Source: Gordius albopunctatus
Lineage: Eukaryota
Assembly: GCA_964276515.1 (NCBI GenBank)
Contig: OZ193910.1
Location: forward strand, 8,928,001-8,992,000
Length of the DNA stretch: 64,000 nt
Reading direction: 5' to 3'
The position numbers were made by a program, and so were the translations under genes. This document shows, piece by piece, positions 26,901 to 42,032 of this stretch. The notes beneath the pieces are model-generated. The model was not told where the DNA came from. It made no database searches and saw only the letters and a list, made by a program, of their open reading frames with translations. Each line of letters begins with the position of its first letter. Position 1 is the first letter of the stretch.

Positions 26901-29900
26901 AACTCGCGTAATAACTTTTGATAGTTACTCTATGAGCGGAAAATATATATTTACCAAATAATTTATATGACATAAATCTGTTTTTAAATCAGGTTAAAAT
27001 ATCAAAAACTTTGATTAAATTATTATTTGCTTCGTCTGTAACCTCAATAGTTTCTGGAGGCAGGCAAAGGCAAAATGTTGAACTGTAAAGAATTCACCTA
27101 GATTTAAGCCTGGAGTATTTTAACATTCTTAATTAATAAAATAATTGCTCTGATTACACTTTTAGATTTACGTTTATATGAGAATCAACCTTGATATTTC
27201 AAACTTTAAATATAATGTTGTCTAATTAGCACGACCTTATTTCACTAAGGGATATTATTTACCAAAATAGTACAATTCGTGCGTTCAATAGTAATGGTAA
27301 ATTATAATTTATCCAACTTTAGTAGATAAAAGTCGTTGTCAAATATTTTAAACGATTGAGTTTCAAACTTTTTGTGCAGGCTTTAAATGATAAAATATAA
27401 AGGATTATACTATATAATAAAATATGAAAGAATAAATTTATTAAATCTACCCATCTAATAACGATTATTTAAATCGAAAAATAATTGCATTTTAAAGGAT
27501 CCAGCCAAATTCGCTTAAACTTAAGATAATAAATAATTCAGCTAACTTTTAAATTGGCATAAAAACGATATTTAATATTACGCTAAAGAATATTTTACCA
27601 TAAATAACTTTTCTGGCATTTCGCATCGAAAGAGATTGTATGCAATTTGCCCACGGGGCAATGATTTAGAGACTTTTGTGTGGATCTTAGAGTGAATAAG
27701 GTCAGTTTTCAGAGCGTAGTAATTTATATAAAATATGCGGGGAACTTTAATCATTAAGCTAGTCATCGTAGTGTTAACGAGAACCCATATTTTAAAAAAA
27801 CCTGGATTTGATGGCAACTCTCTGATCTATAATCCATTTGTTAAAAATTTTAATACTATTTTACCTGTATAACTTGCCAAGGACAGTTCCATATATTGTT
27901 AGGATTCTTAGATGACAAAATTACTTGTTTTATTAAACGTGTTTCATCAAGGGAATTTGGCGGCATTTGCCTTCGGTTATTTAATTGCATACGCCATTTT
28001 TGTTTGTGATAGAGTAACCATGACTTAAAGTTATTCTATATTAAAATATATTTAAAAAAAGTATAAAAATTATACAATATAAAATATATATCATTGGTAT
28101 TAAAATAAGACGCTATAAAATCCTAAAGTTACTTATCCAAACATTAAATTTTAATATCATGTTTCAAATATGCTTTACTTCGCCATAAAATTTCAATGAA
28201 GGGGCTGGCCCAAGAATTTGTTTCCAGGCAGAGCTTCGACTTTTTTTGTTTAATGATGTTACTGAAAAATTAAGGGCTGCCTTCTCCTTGTGTTTTTTAT
28301 TAAGCTTTTAAAATTAGAAAATACTGAGTCAATTTACCTCAGCAACAGTAACTTTTTTGAAAATGTCGTCAATTTTGTTTTGCCTTAATACATCATCTTT
28401 TGCTAATAATTTTTTATGCAACCATTCAGGATGTGCAACTCTTCTTACCGGGTTCTTTATCTAAAAAACAAATAATATAAATGAGATTAACAAAAATTAA
28501 AATAATATTTGAAATTTTACCTCTTGCATTGCGGCTGGTATTGTAATTATTTTTTGAATAGCGCTTTCCATTCTTTCAATATAATAGGTCCAATCCAAAA
28601 AATTAACTAACAAATTGCCAACGTTTTCCGCATTGTTCGTTATTTGCTGGTCTTTACAATTTGACTTATCATAGGTGTTAAGAGAATTTTGTAGATTATG
28701 ATTAGAAAATTTGAGCCATTTCTTTAAATAATGATATTTTATCTTTTCATCGGCCTGAAAAATGGCGCAAGGTATGGCTCTTTCTGTTACAGGACTTCCT
28801 TCTGGTTTTTTCATAATGACATACTTGCAATTCAATCCTTTATCCTGAACCATCCTATCTCCTAAAAACTAATTTAAAAAAATTTAGTGTAATAAAATAA
28901 CAATTTAATAAATCATAAGGAATGTTATCTTTCTCAAGATTTTGCGGCATCAGAACTTTTAAATATAAATCAATCCCATATAAAGGCTCCAAAGCGCAGC
29001 AGCATACCCTTTTATAATGCATCTATCTTATTAATTGATAATCAAGTAAATAACTCAATATTTGAGGTATTGTAAAATTACCTCGGCTAATCGTTTAGCA
29101 GTAGTTACCGATGCTGATTTGCGTTCGCCATATTCATTTAAACGTTTTGACATGTTTCGGTTTTCAGAGATGAGCTCAAATATTTCAGATTCTGACATAT
29201 AAGCTCCCTAATCGCAAAAACAAAAATTTTAAGGTAAAGATTAATTCAAGTTTGCTAACGATATGACTAATATAGCACAATCAATTTTATATTAAAGTAT
29301 TTATTATTAAACAACAACATTAATGAAATCAGAAAAAAACATCAAGAAGTGAAATCAAGGGTATTTGATGCGGCTATACAATGTAAATCGTTAAAAGAAT
29401 TAAATAAAAATCGAAATGAAAGTACTCACTTTATTATATAAAAAATCCAGCCAATAATTTGCGACATCTGCCACCGCTTTATAAACTTCTTGCAAAGATC
29501 TTCCATTAAGAAATGCCTCAAAGACGGATGTTTGAAATATTTTTAAAATGGGTAATTCTCCCCTCCTTTTAACTTCGAACCCTTTGCACTCAGCAAGGCT
29601 TCGGTCCATATTAAATACGGCGTACCTAGATGGGAATTTAAGGGAAAATGTGTTGATCATACCTTTTTTTGATTTTTTTGCCCTCTTCTTTAGAGGATGG
29701 CAAAATCATGGCGTAATATGGACCATCTACTTCAAAGAATATCGAGTTTTCCGCCTTCTTCTCATATTTATAGTGTACTGGATCACTAAGTTCTTGATAT
29801 TGATAATTCGTAAATTTCTCCTTGTAATTCGCACGTTCATTAAAAATGAATAAAAAATAGAAATGTGCACAAACAGAAATTTAAGCAACAACAAAAATAA

Positions 29901-32900
29901 AAGAGCTAAATAGGTGGGAAATGGTCTTTTGTGTAGAAAATCATGATTTATTAGGATCAAACAAAGTCGGATAACGTTGACACGAATATTTATAGCAATA
30001 AAGTTGTGTTCTAATAAATTAAATTTACACCAGATTATAGTATAGTTGAAATGACGCTTTATTTGCCTAAAATACGAGCTTTTTAATTTGATGTAAAATT
30101 AAAAAACAAAAGAAACTTGCTTAAATTATATAAACTAATAGTTAAGATGAATACTTTACTGTCACCACCACCCTAAAAAAATAAAGATTAACAACCAAGG
30201 AAATTTCTTAATTATTATTAAATGGGTTTAAAACATGTCAATTATGCAAAGCCAGCGTGAAATTAACGAAGGCAACGATATAAAACCATCATCTAATAAA
30301 ATAGTGCAAAAAACAATATAATTTTAACTTACTCGGACCATCAAATTTAGCAAAGCTTTAATGAATGATATTTTAATTTTGGGCCTTTTTGGCATCAGGG
30401 TATCTAGCGTAACACTTTCTGGTAACGAATCGGGCAGGGCACACCATATCCCATCAGTATCTAGCTCCAAAGGTCTCCCTTTAATAGAAAGGAATAAATT
30501 TAAGCGATACGATTTGACTCCTCTTACCTATTTTCTCAATAATTCCTCGAGCTTCTTTAATAATCAGGGAGCCTATCAAACAAACTATACCAGCCATTTC
30601 CATACTAAACCACCGGGCACCCTTTCGCATGACGTACCCATAAAATGAGTTGAGAATGCATTTATGAGCAAGTTGTAACGAATCGTAAAGATCCTTTTTG
30701 TTCTCCCATTCTTCGATGCTGTCCCACTTCATTTGTGAACCTTTCACATTTTCGTTCGCCTTCAGATCTGCTAACTTTGTATTGCAAGCTTTCACAAGTC
30801 TTTTAAACTCATAACGCCTATCCCTAAATGCTCTAAAATCAATGTTAATCTTAACAAATAATAAAATTTCCAACCTTATTGTATCTATATAAAAAGAATT
30901 TTCGCGTTGGCAAGTAATAGAGGCTTTATTTTCTTCTCTTGAGACCTTTACTTTTTTATACGCTTTTCTGCAATATTCTATCAAAAATAATAAAAAATAC
31001 ACTTTTCTAATGATATACACCCTACCTGTCAATCTTCGTTTTTCTATGCTAGCCTGTTCGTCCCGAGGAAGTTGGTGAAAAGGTTTTCTTACAACATTGT
31101 GAAGCACATTGCTTTTCCCGCTCATATTGTCAGACTCGTTCCCTAATTTTACAGGGAAATTTTCATTTTCAAGTTGCAACAAAATTCTTTGAGATTCGCT
31201 CCAATTAGCTGGTAAAAATTCCTGTCTACAGACCCAATTTAGTGATCGTTGACAATCGGACGATGGTTGATTATGAGGACAATTCGCGCAAATTGTTTCA
31301 TTGACAATTGCATACGGCTACGATATATAAGTAAGATACGATCTAATGTCTATATTTAATAATTACCTGTAATCGATTTGTTAATATGATGTTAGGATAC
31401 ATAGCTGCCACGTCTAAATGATATATTTTCGGATTTTCGAAGAGTATGTTCGACTTCTTAATTTGCTTCAGACAATATTCGATTTTTTCACAAACCTAAT
31501 ATCAAAAAATAAGCATTCATATAAAAGTTATCATCGGATCAAGTTACAAATGGTTTAATTCCTTAATTGCTATGCAATTAAATATATTTAGATTTAATTT
31601 GCGATAAAACGAATTCTAAATATATAGCGTATATTATAATCACCTCATTAAAGTTTGTTATTTGTGACATTTGAAGATTTTCTTCGTTTTCTATAGAGTT
31701 TTTGATTATGCTCTTGACATTGCCTATAAGCTCTTCCATGTATTTTCCATCCTAAAAAGTCATGTTAAAAAATGAAGGCATGGAAAAGAAATAAAATTAT
31801 GACAAATAAAATAGGTTATCATAATATGAGGCAAATCAGCCTTTATTATATCTTGAGCCAAAATATAAAAGTCATTTGTAACCATAAATATTAAAGACGT
31901 CGCATCTTAATTTAATCATTTATGCCTATCATGAGGATAAACACCACGCTAAAATATACTTTAAATACTAACAATGTAAAATTACTGTAAAGTATTTATG
32001 TCAAATGTTTCGTGGCTTAAGCTATACAAATGTAAGCAATAAACAATGGGGGAAAAGTACTATTTTAAATTTTAAAGGAATATCTGATCGGAAAATCCCT
32101 GATTCAATGGCTTCAACATGACCCCCTATATAAGTTTCTTGCTGTAGCAAGTGACCGTCATTCGTGTATGCATAAAGGCTATTATCGTGTTTGTTTGGAT
32201 ATATTATGTTGGCATGGTAGGCTTGCACCATCAATAAAGCTTCACAAAGAGTTCCTGATCCTTTCCTTAAAACCTATACAAAGAATATGCGAATAATAAA
32301 GAAGGGTCCTGACTAATATAGGCTAAAAGGTAAAAGAGCGCATTCATATTTTTTTAAAATCTTTAAATTATACTATTTTAAATTCCACTAAAAATCCTTG
32401 GGCTGTGTATTGCAAGACCATATTTTCATACTTCATAATTAAAACATCAACAATAAATTTAAACCTGGTAATAACCAGAAGAATTATACATAAATTCTCA
32501 CCTCAAATTTGACCCAAGATCAGTTTACTCATAACTTTTACCTGACCTCAATCAGAAATTAATATAAATTAAACTATACAATGAATATTATGTTGGAAGA
32601 TGATGCTAAGCAAGGTATTATATCCTAGCATCTTAATGTTGGATTACGTCGTCCGGACATAGGGGTAAAATCGTACACAAGGATAAAATAAAGGAATGGA
32701 TATATTTCATGTAGAGATGATATGTTGCCAGGGCATCTGACACTGAATATGCTGCTAACACTTTTGGCTCCTTAATTGCTGCTAAGCACATTTCTTCCGG
32801 ATCCATTTCACTTGGATCATAATCAAGTTTGATCTATAATATTATTGAACAAAAGTTTAGGGTTTCCTCGCTTTAATAAACATTTTCTGCAATTTTTAGA

Positions 32901-35900
32901 TATTTAGCATTTGGAATCTAACATTCATTTAATGACCCTTTACAAATTTAATAAACTCCGTCTTTCAACGTATTGTGTCATATCAAGCAAGCCATGAGTT
33001 AGTTACAAATGGTTTTATTTTCAGGGAATGGATTAGTGACAGATAGAGTTGTTAAATTGCTAACTTTCTTCAAACTCCAGACGCGAGCACGCACACTGAG
33101 TTGCTTAATATAGGCGTTAGCACAATATGAGCTCGCTGTTCGGTGCACTAGGTACAGCAGTAGCATATAAAAATGCTCGAGGGCCGAGCAGAAACTCGAG
33201 CAGATGGTAGCTGGAGTTGAAGAAAGTTAGCAATTTAAAAACTCTAGTGACAGGGGTGGGTGATAATTTTAAAAGAGTAGGGGTGATAAGGCAAAGAATA
33301 ATGAAGGTGGGGGATGCCGATTTAGGGGGGCAATACATAATAATTACAATAATTTATTAACATAAGTTACATTTTTACTTTATTCAATAACTATGCAAAA
33401 CTCGAGGTGTTGCCAATTTATTTAACTATCTAAAATATGTTCTAATGATATTATTATAGGCGTAGTATAGGTTATATTTGAAAATTGACTGAGTTTTGCA
33501 CGTATTGATCTATAATAAAAGTGTATATAAAATAACTAAACAAATCAAATTATTAGCGGTATTCAAATATTTTTAATATAATCAAGACTTATTACATCTT
33601 GTGCAGTTTTGAAAATAGCAAACAATTAAATAAATTGATAGGCAAAATATTGGTTTAGCAGGGCCAAAGACAAATCAAAACGTTTTCGATCGACCATCTC
33701 AGATTTGGTTAATATTTTGTGAGAGTTTTTTTAATAGCCATTTTGGGCTATTACATTTTGGGTTACGTAAGCTGAAAGTGCCAAAATCACCGTCAAGCAC
33801 ATTTTATTGAACTTATTATTTTTCTCATATTTTTGAAAATATTAGGGCTATGCTCTTAAATTTTGTGTATTCTGTTCGCATAAAAATCCTGAATTAAACT
33901 AAGAAATTATTGCAAATCATCAAAGGATTCTATAATTGGAAAAACAAACCCACAACAAGGTACAATATGCAATATAAACAAAAAGATTTTAATTTAAATA
34001 TTTTTGTAAATTGTTTTTATTAAAATCTTTAAAAAAATAAATGTTTACCCGGTGACCAAAATATGCCAAAAAACATATCGCGCGTAACATTTACCAAAAG
34101 AAATTAGGTCAATTGGGGGGGGGGGGGGATATGATTATTATACAAACTTTTAAGATGACTAACCGATCATGCTCCGAGTTGTTTGCTTTGCATAAAAATT
34201 AAAAAGAAATGCGCATTTATTTTTCCCTCTCACCTCAACACTCCGCGACACGTCCAAATAATATAAAAATAGAAATTTTTTAAATAAATGGAATAATAAT
34301 AATGGTATACAGATCAGAGACCAGAAATGCCCGGCCCGCTGCTCGGCCCGCCCGGCCGGGCCGAGCAACTGCCTTAAATTTTAATTCTCGGGCGGGTCCG
34401 GGCGGGCACGCTGATAAGATTCGGGCAAATCGGGCATGCCCAAAATTTTATCAAATTAATTTTCTTTGAAAAAAGAAAAATTAGCTTATAAACAATTTTG
34501 GGCCATAATAAATTTGACTAGATTTTTTTCATCGCTTAAATCTTCATTGTACGTTTATATAATGTCCTAATTTCAATTTCTTCAAAATTAAATTTTATTT
34601 CGAATAAATTAGTTTAACTGGTTTGTCTCAAGATCAAAAATTTTTAATTTTCAGATTATATTATAAAAGAATAAAATCACAACGATTTAAACTGCCATGG
34701 GCGTAGACAAGGGGGGGGGGCAGGAAGGGGCAGCTGCCCCCCTCTAAACTCAAAAATTTGTTAAAATGTATTAAGATTATGGCAAAATTTTCAAAAAATG
34801 ATCATTTTGCTCCTCCCTAAATCATTATTGCCCCCCTCTAATTTTAATGCTGGCTACGCCCTTGTAAACTGCTACTCTAATCTAATACTATGGAAGAAAC
34901 CATTTTACTCTCTGGTAGTAAATTATTTTATAACATTTTTATCGCGTTCAGTTAAGTCTTTGCCCTACTCCATTATGGAAAGGATTGGATTATTTATATT
35001 TATGTAGTAGCCAAAGCCATTTCATTGTTCGCAATACACTACACATGTGTGCCGTCTAGACTTAAAACAAAGGCTCATGCCATTTTCTAACGATGCGCAT
35101 AATTGTAATTCATTTAATTTCTTAACAACTAAAAAACACGGTGGAAAAATAAAGCAAACAAGTCACATTAAACTTATTAAAAATTATAACTATTTTAGGT
35201 ATCCTAAATTAGCAAGGTTTAAAAAAATACTCTTTGCCATCCAGGCGACGAGTGCTGCTAGTGAAAGAAGTTTTTCTATCGCAGGAAGATTAATAAAGTA
35301 AAGACGCACAAGATTATCCCCGGAAATTGTCGACGATATGAATAATAAAATATTGTCATCTTTGTTTGGATCAATATGTTATTGCTTATTTTGTAATAGT
35401 GGCTAAAGATTTTGGAATTTAATAATTTCGGGTCTACCGGGAAAATTTCATTAATCAGGCCGGGCAGCTCTAATGGTTTGGGCATGGCTGAGCCGACACT
35501 TAGAAGGGTTCAGGCAGGCAATTTAGTTAAAATTGGACCGGGCCGGGTTCGGGCAGAAAAATTTAAACTACTCCGGCCTCTTTTTGGGACCTCATAAATT
35601 CGGGACTAACGGGAAAATTTAATATTTCGGGCCGGGCAATTCGGGCATCTTTAACGATTCGGGCGGGCCCCGGCGGACACTTAGATGGGTTCGGGCGGGC
35701 AATGAAGGTAAAAAATTTAGTCGGGGCGGGTTCGGGCAGAAAATTCCCAACAAATCTGACCTCTGATACAGATTATCATTTTATTTTAATAAAGGTATTT
35801 AAATATACTTTCGCGACGGCTTTCAATCCTTGGCTCCCAATCGGCAAATAACTATCGCGTTTGACCCATCTAAAAATGAAATAAGATTTTCGGTCGTTAA

Positions 35901-38349
35901 TAAACTCCAGTAATTTTTAATTTACTTAAGGTAATAATAGCAAAAAATGTTTGTTAAGCTATGACAACTGCTACTTTTTTAATAAATTAAACTATTATTA
36001 TTTAAAAATCACATATTTTGTGAAGATGAATAAATTAAATAAAAAAGTTAAGTATTATAAATATATGGAAAAATTCATATGTCCCAAGTGAATTATCTTT
36101 AAAGGTAATCCTTTCTGTCTTACAAAAAAGGATTGTTTATCTATTTTTTAGTAGTTAGAGTAGTAGTTACAATAAGACAAAAAATGATATAATGGAAAAT
36201 TAATTTGTGAGCTAAATAGTTAAAAACTAAATCATACTTCAAGCAGTCCATATGGATACAGGATCTTGATTGGTGGTCACCTTGTTCATCTTCAAAAAAG
36301 CCTATTTCACTACTTATATCAATGCCACATATTTTGGCACGGGCAATTAAAAAGGGCCAATCAAAGTTGTCTCCATTGTAAGTCACAATAATGTGTGGCT
36401 TGATCAGCAAAATATGGTCAATAAATTTTTTGATGGCATAAACCTATGCCAGGATAAATTGAAAAATATTTACAAATGTTTTGAACATAATTATAATATT
36501 GCAAAATATAACTAATTTAGGATAAATTATAAATAAAAAGAAGTTTTAAACTCCTTAACACAAAATTGTAATGGCCTTAATTTATCCTACTTTAATCATT
36601 ATTTTAATTTAATGCATACAATATCTTAGCATTAACAAATATGTCTTAGATGGATTTAATTAAGATAGGGAAGCAAATTGAACAAAAAGGAAAATAAAAG
36701 AATAAAGATGAACAAGTTTAAATATCTATGAAAAATATCAAAAACTTAGAGGTAAAATTCAAAATTTATATTTTTAATCGTAATATAATAAATGTGAATT
36801 TAAATTCCACTAGTGAAATAGTTTCTTTAATATTAAATGCAAGCATTGAGATTAGACAATAAGTTTTATGAGAAATGGGTAAGAGGAAATTGAAACTTTT
36901 AACTGATTGATAATAAAACAATATGATTGGGTAGTGTCAAATTTTGCAAATATAATTTTGAAGTTTTATAACAAATTAACATCTCTGTTAATAATTAAAT
37001 GGTTAGTATCATTAAATTTAACAAAAAATACATATACTTTAAATGACTAAATATAATGGTGGGTTAAGAACAGAAACTTTTTTCTCAAATACCTCATTAG
37101 GTTCATTGTATACTTTGAAAAAACCTTCAAACTGTGGTTTTGGTATATATTCAAAATCCTCTATATCCTCTGATACAGTTTGACGATTTACAATTAAAAA
37201 TCCCTATTTTCAATTCATTTTTTTAAAAAAAATATTAATTGTACCTGGCCATCTATAACATATGATATCATCATTATTTGATCAAAGTTTTTATCAGGAA
37301 ATTTAAGAGGACTTTTAGTAGTTTCAATATCATATGCCAAAATAATAATTTCCTTAAAAATTTTATAAACATTATTTTAAAATGATGTATACTGGACGTT
37401 CCTCTATGTTTGGCATTAATAATATTTGGGGGCTATAATCATTTAACCCTCCAATACCCTTGACAAGATACCAATGGCCCACAAAAATTTTATTGTCAAT
37501 TGATACACGAATATAATATGGAACATCATATTCTCTTATATCCGTTATACAAGAAAAAATATCCAATTCAATATTTTTTTTCATGTTTTTATTATTGGGA
37601 GCCTCCAAAATTGATTGATTAAACCTTATATTAATTTTGAATAAATGTTAATTTGGAATGCAACAAATAAAAGTAAATTTAAGTCATAAGGTAAGTTAAT
37701 TACTGTGATAGTTTATCATGTTTAGCAGACAAAATGTGTTTTTGTTTATATTTCTTTAAAAGTGGCATAATGTTACTTCTAAACTTTATTAGATCATTCA
37801 CTGAAATAAAAACAATTCTTAAAAAAGAATTTGTTTCACCTACAAGATGATTTGGTTTCTAATAAAAATTTATTGAATAATAAATTAGCTTTACATTATC
37901 TAATTCTTCTTTAAAAATATGCTCTATGTCATATATTAAATCAGCATATCTTTTATTCATGTAGTTGACAACTTCTTGAATATATTCAGATTTTACCATT
38001 AAGTAAAAATAAGGCTTATAATGCATAGCAACCTAGGTTTAGTTAATAAAATTATCAATAAAGTATGAACCTTAAACCTATTCCCATCGGGTTCAATAAA
38101 ATAGTAGTCAACTACAGATATTCTTCGCTTATTTTCATTAATGATGCTCGCCTGAAATTTAACAGTTATGAAAATATTTTTTTACTGGGTGCATATTGAT
38201 GAGCCACCCAATTTTATCATATTTTGCATCGGGCTTAAAGTAATTAAATTTATTGTCAATTCCTTCCAATTGCTCAAATGGTATGTCATTATTTTCTTTT
38301 ACACTATATTTATTTTAGATAATGAAATAAGCATCTACTTAAAATCCAT
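20956..38349 (-). CDS. POLE: DNA polymerase epsilon catalytic subunit A, multi-exon (roughly 40 exons)
   Basis: Start [17 protein letters not shown]. Exonuclease motifs [25 protein letters not shown] and YSVSDA. Polymerase motifs [23 protein letters not shown] and [10 protein letters not shown]-terminal CysA (CEHC..CSNC) and CysB (CQNC..CLC). Every junction I traced is GT-AG and in frame; TGA at 20956-20958. Confidence 0.96.
24452..26364. mobile_element. hAT-like shell in a POLE intron, containing RTE fragments in both orientations
   Basis: Termini CAAAGATCTGCAC...GTTGCAGATCTCTG, no TSD seen. A minus-strand RTE 3' piece (about 24600-25500, RWYG) and a plus-strand RT piece (about 25640-26160, [11 protein letters not shown]). 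Confidence 0.65.
24853..25008. mobile_element. Small hAT-like MITE inserted in an RTE fragment
   Basis: CATGGGCGTACCCAGG...CCTGGGTACGCCCATC with a perfect TSD CCACCTTC. Confidence 0.85.
33044..33246. mobile_element. About 200-bp hAT-like MITE, copy 2 (POLE intron)
   Basis: Inverted copy of 12736-12937; TSD GTGACAGA/GTGACAGG. Confidence 0.88.
34315..35765 (+). mobile_element. Internally deleted hAT element in a POLE intron
   Basis: CAGAGACCAGA...TCTGACCTCTG with a perfect TSD ATACAGAT and GC-rich subterminal GCCCG/CGGGC repeats. Carries a hAT dimerisation remnant [30 protein letters not shown]. Relatives at 53228-53970 and 62800-63130. Confidence 0.88.
34696..34864. mobile_element. Small MITE nested in the hAT element
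   Basis: CATGGGCGTAG...CTACGCCCTTG with a perfect TSD TAAACTGC. Confidence 0.85.
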
Positions 38350-39801
38350 GTTTAAATGTTTCGCGGAAAAATTTAGCCGTATGAGCTTTTCATACAAAAA
38401 TTTAGAGTAATATACAATTATGGCGTTGAGAAGATGAATTAAATAAATTGGCATTTATTATGTTTCTCATACAAATTTAACACACATAAAATGACTAATT
38501 ATAGATATTTTTACAAAAAAGGCTCCTAATAAAGTAATTGAGAGTTTGTTCCAAGCAAATGTTTAAATTATAATTTTAATTGCTATACAATTTATGGGCT
38601 CGCTTTACGTTGTCCTAAGTGAGTGTTATTATATGTAAATTTAAGCTGTGCTGTAGCTAGGAGTCAGGACCAACCAAGAGCAAAATCTTGACTAATTTCG
38701 ATCACCCCCCCCCCCACCTTTAAAGAAAAACTCAGAAGTCTTTTGTCATATCCCAGAGATTATTTAAATTATCTTAATTTTGATAGCTAGTGATTTATGT
38801 AATATATATCATTATAATAATTTTTTTCTTCTATTTATTCAATCCTTTTAAATTATTTCAAAAGCACATTTAAATGGGCGGGCATAAAGCTATGGATCAA
38901 AACTGTCAGTGGCGTAAATTTTTAATAAAAAATTATTGTTAAAAAAGATTAAAAATATTTACTTTATTAATTATAATTGTTGAAAGAAACAAACTGATTA
39001 AAAGAGATAACATTTTATTTACGTTTATTTATATTTAATGAGAATTTTTTCACGCATAAATATACTCATATAAATTCCCAAATTGCGAATCGCGCGAAGT
39101 TAAAAGAAAAATAAAAAATGCGAACAAGTTTACATATCTGCGATCAAAATGAGTTTGTAATTAGTTAATAATCAAACGCGATTAATGGGGAGAGTTATAG
39201 ATATCAAGAAGGTCACTATACGGAAAAAATCGTATTAATCCTCGCTTACTGGCGCAGATGGCACTAGAAAGCGGCATCTTACAGAGAGAGAGAGGGCAGT
39301 GTCCAACCGCAACAATTATTAAACAAAATTTTATTGAAATTAGATACACCAGTAGCCAGGATTGCCCGGGAAGCTGGTTATTATTTCCTGTAAAAAATTT
39401 AAGATTAAACCAAAATTAATTAAAATTATATACATTCAATATTTAAATGGGTTTTTGATATAAAAAATGCATTGATAAATTGTTAAAGATTCTTTTTGTA
39501 CTTATAAAAAGTATTAACAGTTAATTTTTTAAATAATGTGACTTAATTCAGCCTGTGATCTTTTACCAACGACACAATTTTCAAAGATCTTCTCTTCTTT
39601 CAATTTTTCTGAATAGGCCAACCAGGGCAATTATTTAAACTAGAGATATACTCCGGCCTTTTGAGGTTAATCAGCCCACCTCATTGTGATATATCTGAAT
39701 TAGGATGTATTCACAATTTTTTTTATCCTAGCACATTTACTTTTTAAATTATATACAAAATTAACTATCCCTATCTTTTACATTGATAAATTACCTCAGA
39801 C

Positions 39802-40889
39802 TAGGGCTGAACCGATATCGGTATCGGTACCGATACCACGATTTTTTAACGATATCGGTATCGGTTATTAATCGTACCGATACCGATACTTGAAACTTTT
39901 TTTACAAATATTATATTTGTTAGAGCTGTATATCTATATACTTTTTAAATTAAATTTTACTTAATTGCTCTTAAATCTAATTTATTTTTTCATTGATTTA
40001 TTCATTCAAATTTCTACCGCCACATGTAAGTTAGTTCATATTTACAATTTATTATAATATAATGTATTTAGGTCTAAATCTAAAAGCAAGTCATTAATTT
40101 TGAATTATTTTATAATTGATGAGAACTCAGCACATATTGCAGCCTGTACAATTGATAACTGCAATAAAGAGGTGGCAAGACATCAATTAATTAAAACACC
40201 ACAAATCTTAGAAAACATATCCTTATTAATCATCCAATAGTATATAAACAATTATTATTAGAGGAGAAGTCAAAGACATTGACTGATAATAACTTCAAAT
40301 CTGATTCCAAATTAGTTCAACCAAAAATTAAAGACCTTCTTTTAAACAGTGTAAAAAATTTGGATATAAATCATCCCAAGTCCAAAATTATAAATCAATG
40401 AATATTAGAGATGATCTGTAAAGACAACGAACCACTATCTGTAGTGTCTGACAAAGGATTTGTTAATTTAATAAATCATTTATCTCCCCAATATACAATC
40501 CCCAGTAGGTAGTATTTCACCAGTTTATTAAATATATCTTATAAACATTTATCACAAAAAATTAAAGAAGAGCTGAGTGTTGAAAAGCACCTAAGCTTTA
40601 CAATAGATATATGGACCCGTGATTCTGGTCAAGATTCTTTGTTTTGTCTAACTTCACATTATATAGACAAAAAATATCATTTTAAACAGAGGACATTAAA
40701 AACTACAGTATTTAATGATAACCACACTGCTATCAATATTTCTTTATTGATAGCAGATTTATTTACCTATTGGGGAATAAAGAAAAATTCTGTTCATCTT
40801 ATCGTTAAAGATAATGGTTCCCTTCAATTAGTTATACAAAAATGCCTGTTAGGGCAAGAGAATATACCTAATCTTCTAACAAAGTCAAG
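39802..40889 (+). mobile_element. hAT (BED zinc finger) transposase 5' part, pseudogenised and interrupted by RTE
   Basis: TIR-like TAGGGCTG followed by ACCGATA subterminal repeats. BED-finger-like ACTIDNC..TTNLRKH, MIC..P.SVV..KGF, SLTIDIWT and CLTSHYID. Confidence 0.85.
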
Positions 40890-42032
40890 AAGCTCCTCAC
40901 TCTTTGGTGTAAGGAAGTTGCAAAGGGAGGTAGACGAAGATTGGGAGACGCTATCTAAGGACATTAAGGAAACAGCGATTCATGTTCTTAGACAGACCAA
41001 AGGAGGCAAAGCTATGAATAGGGAACTATGGTGGTGTGATCAATCGGTTAAATATTTGATCGAAAGAAAGAAAATTATATATAGACGGTGGCATAAATCA
41101 AAAAAGTCGGAGGATTATCAAGAGTGAAGACACGCAAAGAGGGTCGCAAAAAAGGCCGTTGCAAAAGCGAAGAATGCCGCATACACCGAGATGGCAAACA
41201 AATGGGATCATAAGGGGGGCGATAGGCTTATGTACAAATTGGCCAAGATAAGGAGAATAAAAGTCGCGATGTCGGAGTTCTTAAAATAGTCAAAAGCGAG
41301 AAGGGTCAAACCTTATTCAAGCCGAAACAACGGATGGAAAGGTGGAAAGGATATTTTAAGAAACTTATGATTATTGCAAATGACAAGGATTCCCTTCCCG
41401 AAATTGAGCCAAATATAAGTATGATCGAACTCTTTCAGGAGGATGAAGTTAGGACACAAATGAACAAGATGCAAAAAGGAAAAGCAAATGGTCCAGATGG
41501 AATACCTATGGAAGCCTTGCTCGGATGTCGTGAAGAAGGAGTCACCACCATGACGAACCTCCTTAACAAGATATTGGTAGAAGAGTGAATCCCTAATCAA
41601 TGGAGAGCAAGCACGATTATACCCTTATTTAACGGCAAAGGAGACCCTCAGGACTGCGGCAATTACAGAGGTATCAAGCTAACTTGCCACCCTTTGAAGC
41701 TTATGGAAAGGATCTTAGTAACAAGGCTGAAAAACGAGGTGGAAATATCGGCTAATCTATTCGGATTCGTGGCCGGCAAATCCACAATCGACCCAATCTT
41801 CGCAGTAAGACAGTGATGGATAAGTATGGTGAAAAGAGGAAAGACCTACATATGTTTTTATCCACTTGGAGAAAGCTCCCCCGCGATTCAATATAGTGGT
41901 GCCTGAGGAAACAAAATATCCCTGACGCATATATACAGCTTATGAAAAATATTTATGAAGCCTCAAACTCTTGCATTAGGACGACATTTGGAGACTCTAA
42001 ATCTTTACGGATTAATATTGGATTACATCAAG
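40890..42032 (+). mobile_element. Second, truncated copy of the RTE at 2166-4952
   Basis: Highly similar to about 2972-4101 over about 1.1 kb, with different lesions. Ends abruptly at a TAGTGATG (hAT-like) terminus. Confidence 0.92.

Noticed and set aside
20956..38349. Proofreading-dead POLE or a non-standard genetic code
   Set aside because: Exonuclease and polymerase catalytic motifs and the Cys clusters are intact; apparent stops all fall in introns.
40639..41127. Novel hAT-RTE fusion protein
   Set aside because: A chance in-frame junction of two dead elements, with stops on both sides.
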